Under the pieces are notes generated by a model that made no database searches, was not told the DNA's origin, and saw nothing but the letters and a program-made list of their open reading frames with translations. Source: Deinococcus sp. (lineage in GTDB: Bacteria > Deinococcota > Deinococci > Deinococcales > Deinococcaceae). Taken from it: DNA of 64,000 bases. The stretch lies in NCBI GenBank assembly GCA_965261005.1, contig OZ253375.1, positions 992,001 to 1,056,000 on the forward strand, given 5' to 3'. The translations under genes and the position numbers were made by a program. Below are positions 37,772 to 45,416 of this stretch, piece after piece; positions within the stretch are counted from its first letter, which is position 1; each line of letters opens with the position of its first letter.

Positions 37772-37867
37772 TACGGATTCCGCTTCCTGCGTTAGAACGT
37801 CGTTTTGCGGCGGACGAACTCTCAGCGCCTTGAGAATGGCTGTCAACAGTGTAAAGGCTGTTTCCTG

Positions 37868-38003
37868 ATACGGATTCCGGAAATTGAGTCAACGAAGTAG
37901 ATTCAATCTCTAGTGGAGTGGATAGGAGAAGGATATGGATTCCATGATTTTAAGCAATGCCGGGCGCTATTAGTGGTATTGAGGAAGCAAGAAAAATCCG
38001 TAT
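37868..38003. repeat. Degenerate Deinococcus-type ATACGGATT...AATCCGTAT intergenic repeat (MITE-like)
   Basis: 9-bp terminal inverted repeat 136 bp apart; TGATACGGATTCCG also occurs at 37769. Confidence 0.6.
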
Positions 38004-38109
38004 AACTTGTCAATTTGCCTCTTAAAAATATGAGAGTAGCTTTGGTATGGCTGCTAATGTATCTGTACTAGCGCCCTTTCGGTTAACTAAGTATGCCGCA
38101 ATCTAACGG

Positions 38110-38490
38110 CTAAGATGACAGAAAGGCAGCATCGGTGAAATTACGCGCGTCGAACCGCTGTTCAAACAACTGCAATGCTTCTTCGGTCAGCGGTGGAGAA
38201 CAAAGAACATCCACATATCCATCTCCGCTCTCTTGAAGTTTAAATTGTGTGCCGCTTGGTAACATGTGACGAAGCTCTTCTACCAACCACGACGCACTTT
38301 CGACTCGCTCAACGGTACAAATTTGCTGCCAGGAACCAAAATCTGTATGATCGGTCATTTTAACATACGTCCTATAGAATCGTGATAGTTGGAGGAGTAG
38401 TGTAGCTACCTGTGCTGTGGTTAAATCCGGTTCCATCTGGGAAGTGCTGGATGACCTTCCAACGTCCTGTAGCTGGATCCTGAATGTTCG
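38110..38490 (-). CDS. Hypothetical protein, possible orphan immunity gene, possibly 5'-truncated by IS1
   Basis: AT-richer open frame running up to the IS1 end (internal ATG at 38436); last unit of the restored toxin array. Confidence 0.45.
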   Translation of the reverse strand, partial: RTFRIQLQDVGRSSSTSQMEPDLTTAQVATLLLQLSRFYRTYVKMTDHTDFGSWQQICTVERVESASWLVEELRHMLPSGTQFKLQESGDGYVDVLCSPPLTEEALQLFEQRFDARNFTDAAFLSS

Positions 38491-38503
38491 GGTAGTGGCT
38501 GCA

Positions 38504-39210
38504 TCAAGGTGAGGCGTGATAGTCGGAGATGAAGAGGGCGAGGGCAGCATGGAGGCAAGGAAGGGACTTTGAGAAGGAGAGCGTTGTGCGGACCAGGCGG
38601 CCCAGCCGTTGGCGCAGGGTGTTGTTGAAGCGCTCAATGTGCGTCGTGAACGCTTTCCCGATCAGCCGATGCGTCCCCAGCAGCGGTTCATTGTAGGCGT
38701 CCCACTCGTCGGTACAGAAGGTCGCCTTCAGCCGCTGTTCGTACGTCAGCGGCAAGGCGTCCCACAGCTTGAAGGCCGTCTCCTGGCTGCGATCTCCGAC
38801 AACCCAGCCCAGAATCCGGCGCGTCGTGCGTTCCAACGCGAACCACAACCACACCGGCTGCTGCTTGCTCCCAACAAAACTCCACACCTCGTCCAGCTCG
38901 ATCACCAGTTCCTCAGGAGCCAGCCCTTCGGGAACAGGCGCAATGGTGCTCAGCTGCTCGGCTTTTTTTTAAGCCAGCGGATGACCGTGTTGCGGTGGAT
39001 GCCGAACTGCCGCTCGACGCCTCGGATACTCGAACGCTCGGCAAGCGCCGTGAACACCTGCTGCCTGACCTCTTCGCTGTGCGCCACCGGAACAGCACCG
39101 GGACGAAAACGGCGGCCACACGCTTTACACAAGTACGTCTGCTCGCCTGCGGCGCTCTTCCCGTTCCTCACCACCCGCTCGCTTCCACAGTGCGGACAAC
39201 TCAACTTCAT
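38504..39210 (-). CDS. IS1 transposase InsA/InsB (programmed -1 frameshift)
   Basis: InsA CPHC..CKAC zinc finger from ATG 39210; A8G slippery run at 38970-38962; Ins[23 protein letters not shown]. Confidence 0.88.
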
Positions 39211-39219
39211 CCGCTTAAT

Positions 39220-40110
39220 AGACCTCTTGCGAAAGTCAGGAGGGTTGGGCGCGGGTAAGGTTACAGAGGGCGGCGATGAGCTGAACCCGAAGGGCAAAGC
39301 GACGCCGCCGATGTCGGTAGACGCCCTTGAGCACCCGAAAGACCTTCATGCGACGGATGACGTGTTCGATTCCTTGGCGGGTATAGGCCAGCACCCGGTT
39401 TTCTCGACGCTGCTCTTTGGTCAACGGCTTGGACTTGGTCGCCTTATGCGTGGTGATGGCGTGCCCGTGGCTTCTCCACAAACCCTGATACCCCGCATCC
39501 CCGATCAGGGCCGTGTCATGAGGAAACCGTACCCCAGACTGCCGAAACAGCTTGAGATCATGGATGGCTCCAGCACTCGTCGCCGTGCCCAGGATGTGCT
39601 GAGTCACGGTACAGATCAGGACTTGGAACTTCAAGGTGTGCCGCTTCTTCTTGCCGCTGTACCAGCGGCGCTGCTTTTTTTGGGTCGTTCACACGGCACT
39701 TCGGACGCATCGACGGCCACGATGCTGTAGACCGTCTGCGCTTGCTGGAACACGCGCTTTCTAGGCATCTGGAACTGCTGGCTGGCGATCAGGGCTTCTT
39801 CGACACGTTCCACCGTGCGGTGCACCGTGGTCTCATGGACGCCCCAGTCGTCACCCAGGTGCGCGAAGGTGCGGTACTCGCGCCAGAATTCCAGTGTCAT
39901 CAGAAGTTGTTCAGCCACCCTGAGCGCGGCTGGACGACCAGATTTCTTCTTCTGTCCTTCTCGCTCGATCAGCACCGCTTCCATCTGGGCGAAGGTTTCG
40001 GGATACACCCCGGTGCGTCGGCGGAACTGCTTGCGGTTCATCTTCAGTGTCCGTCTCAGGCGATCTCGCTCCACCCCTTGAGCTTAACCCACGACTTTCG
40101 CAAGAGGTCT
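39220..40110 (-). mobile_element. IS5-family (ISL2/IS702-like) element with AAT target duplication
   Basis: TIRs AGACCTCTTGCGAAAGTC / GACTTTCGCAAGAGGTCT; AAT at 39217-39219 and 40111-40113. Confidence 0.92.
39236..40074 (-). CDS. IS5-family transposase (two frames joined by a -1 frameshift)
   Basis: VDASE..ERPKK; A7G at 39681-39674; second frame [16 protein letters not shown]. Confidence 0.88.
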
Positions 40111-40205
40111 AATGTATCACGCTAGAACAGCCACTACCGAACTATCGACTCCGACGGCCTTCCTTCGCTCAAATAAATTTTGTCCGGCTCTCAACTGAAC
40201 GAGGT

Positions 40206-40507
40206 CTACTGTAGTACCTCACGCACAAAGTTTGTGAACAAACTTGGGTCGTCCTTGACGTTCCTCCAGCTATACCCATAATGCTGCATATGACGTTCCA
40301 ACTGCGATAAAAAATCATTAATAACCTTGTTCAGCCTCTGGATATCAGCATCATTGATTTGCTCATATCTAATTTCGAAGCCTTGAGTTAGCAAAAGCGT
40401 ACGCGTCCGTTGAAGTACAGTTTCGTTGGAGGGAAGTCCAGGCTCAGTCAGCAGCTGGCCGACTGACCTTTGAAAAATGCTTAAGAAGAGCTGGTATGCC
40501 TGGGCAG
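40206..40507 (-). pseudogene. Putative immunity protein paralog, 5'-truncated by IS4
   Basis: Frame open to the IS end: [19 protein letters not shown]...INDADIQRLNKVINDFLSQL, aligns by eye with 43167-43484. Confidence 0.65.
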
Positions 40508-41779
40508 CTGAGGGCCTGACAGAAAGTATGAGAAAGCGTCCCCGCTGTGGGACACTTTCTGTTTGTGAAGACCGAAAATGCCAGCGGGGACGCTGCCCGA
40601 CTCTATCAAGCTGTTCTCGCTCAGCTCCAGACTGCTCTCTGGAACGACATCCGCAATGCGCGTACCCTCGCTTGGATGGTCAGCGGCCTGCTGCTCTCCC
40701 AGCGCAGCTCTATCCCCGCTTGGCTCCCTCACATCCACTCTCGTGCCACCTTCGCGCAAAGCAGCGAACGCCGAGTTCGTCGGTGGCTGGAGAATCCAGC
40801 CGTTGATCCCACCAGTGTTTACGGTCCGCTGATCACCCGTGCCCTCCGCGACTGGGGCAGACATCCCCTGATCCTGGCCCTGGATACCAGCGTCCTGTTC
40901 GAGAAGTTTTGCCTGATCCGCGTCTCGGTGCTCTTTCGGGGACGAGCAGTTCCGCTGGTCTCGCGTGTCCTTGAACATTCCAGCGCCCAGGTCAGCACCG
41001 CCCACCTGCTCCCCGTGCTGGCCGAAGTCAAGGGGATGCTCGACTTCCTTGGCCTACATCAAGTTCGCCTGCTGGCCGATCGAGGGTTCTGCGATACGGA
41101 ACTGATGGCGTGGCTCCGAGTCTGCGGCTGGCATTACCGCATCCGCATCAAATCGAGCTTGATTCTGGCTGCTCCAGATGGACAGCGGTTGTGCAAGGTG
41201 GGTGAGGTGCGACTTTCGCCCAGAGAGACCCGTTGCTTTCACAACATCACCTTGACTGGACAGCACTTCGGTTCCGTTCACGTCGCTCTGGGCCGTCCGA
41301 CAGACGGCCTAGAGCAGTGGCAGGTGGTGAGTGACGAACCGACGAGCGTGAAGACGTTTACCGAGTACGGCGCACGCTTCCAGATCGAAGAGGGGTTTCT
41401 GGACGAGAAAAGCGGCCTCTTCGATCTGGAAGATGCCAAACTTCGCGATGTGGCCAGCCTGGAGCGGCTGGTCTTGGTCATCTCGGTCGCTACGCTTCTG
41501 CTCGTCTCGGAGGGACTTCAGACCGTACACAGCGGCGCTCGCCGAGTGGTTGATCCCCACTGGCAGCGGGGATTGAGCTATCTCAAAATCGGTCTACGGG
41601 CCGTTCAGTACGCCCTCAGCCGGGGTCAGGCGGTGTTCACCCGCCTGATCCTCCAGGGTGGCCCTGACCCTGAACCGCTGGGGACTCGAAAGCGCCCTCG
41701 TCCTACCCCACTGACCACGCTCGAAGTCGGCTGGAAGCTCGTTTTTCGCTCACCCTCATAAAATCTGTCAGGCCGTCAG
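40508..41779 (+). mobile_element. IS4-family element
   Basis: TIRs CTGAGGGCCTGACAGA / TCTGTCAGGCCGTCAG; no target duplication seen. Confidence 0.88.
40547..41761 (+). CDS. IS4-family DDE transposase
   Basis: [28 protein letters not shown] (YREK-like signature). Confidence 0.9.
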   Translation: MGHFLFVKTENASGDAARLYQAVLAQLQTALWNDIRNARTLAWMVSGLLLSQRSSIPAWLPHIHSRATFAQSSERRVRRWLENPAVDPTSVYGPLITRALRDWGRHPLILALDTSVLFEKFCLIRVSVLFRGRAVPLVSRVLEHSSAQVSTAHLLPVLAEVKGMLDFLGLHQVRLLADRGFCDTELMAWLRVCGWHYRIRIKSSLILAAPDGQRLCKVGEVRLSPRETRCFHNITLTGQHFGSVHVALGRPTDGLEQWQVVSDEPTSVKTFTEYGARFQIEEGFLDEKSGLFDLEDAKLRDVASLERLVLVISVATLLLVSEGLQTVHSGARRVVDPHWQRGLSYLKIGLRAVQYALSRGQAVFTRLILQGGPDPEPLGTRKRPRPTPLTTLEVGWKLVFRSPS

Positions 41780-41960
41780 GGTGGGACCGTCAATATCACC
41801 CATGAACTGAAGTGCGCCGCCTTTGCCCGCCGTTGGGTAAGCCGCCGTTGTCAGCTCGTAGTTGGCTAACCCTGGTCTGTTACCGCTGGGGCGGGGTACA
41901 CCCCAAGTTGCCAGCTCGCTCTTTGGAATTCTGAACATGACCTCGGGAAGGCCGTCGGTA
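41780..41960 (-). pseudogene. Fragment of a second toxin C-terminal domain
   Basis: PEVMFRIPKS..VPRPSGN...NYELTTAAYPTAGKGGALQFMG matches PDIVIAIPRS..VPRPTGN...WEFTTSAYPEAGKGGLLQFMG of 43481-44215. Confidence 0.75.
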
Positions 41961-42033
41961 TAGCCGTACCGGCGCCCTTCCACCAGCTCCTTCACACCCG
42001 CTGGACCACCCACCACCACGCCCACCCATGATT

Positions 42034-42049
42034 TCTGTCAGGCCGTCAG
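42034..42049. mobile_element. Orphan IS4-type terminal inverted repeat
   Basis: TCTGTCAGGCCGTCAG identical to 41764-41779. Confidence 0.75.
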
Positions 42050-42053
42050 GGGT

Positions 42054-42254
42054 CTATTGAACCGAATTATCTTCGTTATCCAGTCCGACTGGAAAACTGT
42101 ATTTGTCCGGCTGTGCCCCCAAGCGCGCAAGCTGACGAGCAAGTACACGCTGCTCCTCCTGAGGATCGTCCGCGAGTACCTCAAGAATATTATCGCCTAC
42201 TTCATAGACGTTGATCTTATGACCTTCGCTGATATACGAGCGCACCATTTTCAT
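42054..42254 (-). CDS. Small acidic protein, candidate immunity for the ART domain
   Basis: ATGA overlap with the ART stop; AGGAGG upstream. Confidence 0.55.
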   Translation of the reverse strand: MKMVRSYISEGHKINVYEVGDNILEVLADDPQEEQRVLARQLARLGAQPDKYSFPVGLDNEDNSVQ

Positions 42255-42748
42255 TTGGATCCTCCTACAACTTCTTCCATTTCTATCTCACGTATTCCAG
42301 TTTTCGTGTTTATGCGGTTCGCAACAATTTTAAACCTTGTTTGTGGTGCGAAGAGCGCCTCTAACTCATTTGGGAAATCAGAGAAGAAATCAACTCGACG
42401 GCCAGTGTGAGAATAAATACTATACTTTACGTTGCCGGGAAATTCGGCTCCGAGCTTAGCTGAAGTGCTTGTGAAAGCATCCTCTGTCACCGTCGCTCCT
42501 AAGCTATAGCGCGAAAGGACGCTCTCTGGTAGCGTTGTTCCATGGAACACATCGCCAATATGCTTGGGAAGTTGGCGGAGTCCAGACTTGACGCATTTAA
42601 TGTAAGCTTCGAGCAAAGTGAGTTGTGTAGGATCTTTGCTTCGCAAAGCTGAATTGAGCAAGTTATAGTCGTTTGAAGTGTAGCCTTTTAAAGCCACTAG
42701 ATCCTCTGTTGGTATGGAATGCAGCTCTGGATGATGAAGTTTTATCAA
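42251..42748 (-). CDS. Orphan ADP-ribosyltransferase toxin domain (R-STS-ExE class, R replaced by H)
   Basis: GYTSNDY..LN.ALR, GLRQLP, VFHG, FTSTS, ELEALF.P.TRFKI. Confidence 0.85.
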   Translation of the reverse strand: MIKLHHPELHSIPTEDLVALKGYTSNDYNLLNSALRSKDPTQLTLLEAYIKCVKSGLRQLPKHIGDVFHGTTLPESVLSRYSLGATVTEDAFTSTSAKLGAEFPGNVKYSIYSHTGRRVDFFSDFPNELEALFAPQTRFKIVANRINTKTGIREIEMEEVVGGSK

Positions 42749-42764
42749 GTACGCCGCGTCCTCG

Positions 42765-43094
42765 TCAGCAGATGTGCTTCATGCGAACTGTAATTACTGA
42801 GCCAACGTCTCCGAGGACCTTGATTGCTCTTGGATCGCTGCACAAACATTTATACTCGCTCCACTCCGTCTGTTCGAGGAAGCACCACGCTTGGAATTTG
42901 ATGTGCTCGATCAACCAAGGGCGATCTTCTTCAGGTATTTCCTCGTTATTTTCCACAATTGGCTTGGCGTAACGCTCGATTTCCATATCATTCACATCTT
43001 CTTTTTTGTTGAACTGTCTATATAACTTGGCTAGAGTGTGAGCTGTCAACGTATTAAGCCAGAGTCGAGAATCAATGCTCGCCTCCTTCATCAC
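42765..43094 (-). CDS. Hypothetical protein, candidate orphan immunity protein
   Basis: AT-rich 109-aa ORF with RBS GGAGG, inside the toxin array. Confidence 0.55.
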   Translation of the reverse strand: MMKEASIDSRLWLNTLTAHTLAKLYRQFNKKEDVNDMEIERYAKPIVENNEEIPEEDRPWLIEHIKFQAWCFLEQTEWSEYKCLCSDPRAIKVLGDVGSVITVRMKHIC

Positions 43095-43166
43095 TTCCTC
43101 CCCGAGATGTGTTTCTTAAGCAGGACAATCCAGCTTTCATCAAAGCCTTTAAAATTTTAAATGGTT

Positions 43167-43484
43167 TTAATTGAATATTTCATCAAATACCTTATCAATA
43201 GACAACGACACTTTCGGTAAATCCGAAATATACATTATAAAGCTTTGCAAGTAATCATTCATAACATCTTCAAACAATTCAACTTCCTCATATGTTATGT
43301 CATCATTTTCAAAATACCATTTTCTATTTTCTCTTTCTATTTGTGCTTGCATAATCAATTCTTGTGAGCTAATTTCTCGTGGCTTAACTCCGGCGGCAAT
43401 TAGACGATCAATAGCTGCTTTGAATACGCCGCGAAACAGTCCGACGGCGTCCCCATGTTCTCTGAGAAAACGTTCGGAATTCAC
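43167..43484 (-). CDS. Putative cognate immunity protein
   Basis: Very acidic 105-aa AT-rich ORF; GTG overlaps the toxin stop (GTGA). Confidence 0.7.
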   Translation of the reverse strand: MNSERFLREHGDAVGLFRGVFKAAIDRLIAAGVKPREISSQELIMQAQIERENRKWYFENDDITYEEVELFEDVMNDYLQSFIMYISDLPKVSLSIDKVFDEIFN

Positions 43485-44215
43485 TTCGTACCGCTTGACG
43501 AAGCTTTGGGTAGCCGATTGACGCCCCTTCTCAAAACCTGAATTTTTACTTCTCCACTCTTTATTCCTGCCTCTAGCACGTTGTTTTTAACACTACCCAT
43601 AAACTGCAATAGCCCCCCCTTACCTGCTTCTGGATAAGCGCTTGTTGTAAACTCCCAGCCTGCTAAAACATCAGTATTCCCAGTCGGACGTGGAACTTTT
43701 GCCAAGCTTAACATGCTTCGTGGGATCGCTATTACAATATCTGGATTTCCAGATGTTTCACTATACCATTCGGGTTTTAATTGTGCGCCAAGGCTGGCCA
43801 CACTTGGATTCTCTGTAAGAGCATTGGTCATAAATGCTTCGCGAATATCCCAACCGTTGTCACGCAGTTTATTAAGCGCTGCTCGCGTTGTATATCTATA
43901 TACATACTGATTTACTTTTAAAATGTCATCTAACAATAATTGATATTGCTTACCTGCCATCTTATCGATTTCTAATTGTTTCTGTGTTAATTCTTCTCTA
44001 AGCATCGGCGAGTGACCCTTGTATGTTTTGTCCGCCACTCTGGAGCCAAACTTCTCTACAAGAAAGGCTTGACGCGCTATTGTGATGGGGCGTGTAGGTA
44101 CAGGATATTTCAAACTCAGTTCCAGTAGCCTGTTGACAAACTCAGGCTTGATACTTATCCCATCCATCTCGGCCAATGCGGCACGCACTTTGTTCAGAGG
44201 ATACTTGGTCAGTAG
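43481..44215 (-). pseudogene. Polymorphic toxin C-terminal domain (Ntox10/TNT-like motifs), 5'-truncated by IS
   Basis: Frame open up to the IS boundary (LLTKYPLNKVRAAL...); YVYRY and E.TTSAYPE.G.GG..QF motifs; followed by a coupled acidic ORF. Confidence 0.7.
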
Positions 44216-44216
44216 A

Positions 44217-45405
44217 CTGACATGTTGCAGATTTCATAGGGGTTGTCTGGAACGCGGTTTTGGCCCCAAGCTGGGGTGTGAATCCAAAAGAAGCACGTTC
44301 CAGACAACTCTATTCTGACATCCTCAAGAGCTTCGCTCGTAAGCAGCACCGCGACTCGTTGCGCGTCTTCCTCGACTTGCTCCTCGAAGCCAAGGGCCGA
44401 CCATTCCCCAGTCAAGCCACCGTCAAGTCTCCCGCTGCCATCAGCCGGTTTCTCAACCACTACGGCTGGTCCACCCGCTCCCTCGTTCGCGCCCTGCGTC
44501 ACCACGCTCAGCAAACGCTCCTCGACTTCTGGCGCTCAGCTCCCCACCAGCGTCCCCGCCTCGAACTCTTGATCGACCTCACCAGCTTGGAAAAGACCGG
44601 CCACTTTGAGCAGTTGGATGACTGGATGCACGTCTACAACGGCGTCCACGGCGTTCATCTGGTCGTCCTCTACCTCTGCTGTGGTCCGCTCCGCTTGCCC
44701 TGGGCCGTCCAGGTCTGGCGCGGTAAAGGCACCCCCTCACCCGCCGTGCTGGCCCTTAAACTGCTCCGCAGCGTTCCCAAGGGGTTGCTCAGCAGCGGTC
44801 GAAAGGCGCGCGTGCATGCCGACGGCGGCTTCGAGTGTGCCACCTTCATCCACGGTGTCCTCGACGTTGGGTTCGATCTGATCGTGGGCGTGCGCAAAAA
44901 CCGCAAGCTCGCAGATGGCCGCACCGTCGCCGACCTCACCGTGCGTGGCTCGACCGTCACCCCTCAAGGACTGCGTCAGCACATGACCGTCTCTTGGGTT
45001 TGGCTGTACCGCAACACGCAGCCCGAACAGCGTTTCGTGATGTCCAGCTGCAAACTGGGCGGTGTCTACCTGGCCCGTGTAGGCAAACGTCGCTGGAAGA
45101 TCGAGGCGTTCTTCAAAACCATCAAAGGCCGTTTCGGTTTGGAACGCTTTGCCCAGCACAGCAAACAGGGCGCCTTCCGCTTTTGGTGCCTCTCGACCTT
45201 GGCCTTCCTGCTGTGTCACTTGGCCGATCTCGACTTGCCACCACGGCCACCTGGCGAGTGGCCGGATTGGGGTGAACTGGCCAAAGCCCTGCGGCTCACC
45301 CTGCTCGCCGACGTGCGCCGTGCCGCCCTGCTCCTCGAACTCGCCGACCTCGACGCCGCTCAAGACGCCATCCCTACCCACGCTCCTTAAACTGCAATAT
45401 GTCAG
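44217..45405 (+). mobile_element. IS701/IS4-like insertion sequence, copy 2
   Basis: TIRs CTGACATGTTGCAG / CTGCAATATGTCAG; followed by TTAA. Confidence 0.92.
44260..45390 (+). CDS. DDE transposase
   Basis: Protein identical to 34677-35807. Confidence 0.92.
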   Translation: MAPSWGVNPKEARSRQLYSDILKSFARKQHRDSLRVFLDLLLEAKGRPFPSQATVKSPAAISRFLNHYGWSTRSLVRALRHHAQQTLLDFWRSAPHQRPRLELLIDLTSLEKTGHFEQLDDWMHVYNGVHGVHLVVLYLCCGPLRLPWAVQVWRGKGTPSPAVLALKLLRSVPKGLLSSGRKARVHADGGFECATFIHGVLDVGFDLIVGVRKNRKLADGRTVADLTVRGSTVTPQGLRQHMTVSWVWLYRNTQPEQRFVMSSCKLGGVYLARVGKRRWKIEAFFKTIKGRFGLERFAQHSKQGAFRFWCLSTLAFLLCHLADLDLPPRPPGEWPDWGELAKALRLTLLADVRRAALLLELADLDAAQDAIPTHAP

Positions 45406-45416
45406 TTAAAGCTTTT

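Larger units (their letters stand above)
38491..40138 (-). mobile_element. IS1-family element interrupted by an IS5-family element
   Basis: TIRs GGTAGTGGCTG (38491) / CAGCCACTACC (40128-40138). Confidence 0.88.

Noticed and set aside
38962..39681. Frameshifts in the IS1 and IS5 transposases as pseudogenisation
   Set aside because: They occur at A7-8G slippery sites typical of programmed -1 frameshifting in these families.
34662..45405. Composite transposon that delivered the toxin cassettes
   Set aside because: Outer flanks (TGAA, TTAA) do not match, while inner and outer TTAA pair up after flipping; inversion of resident DNA fits better.
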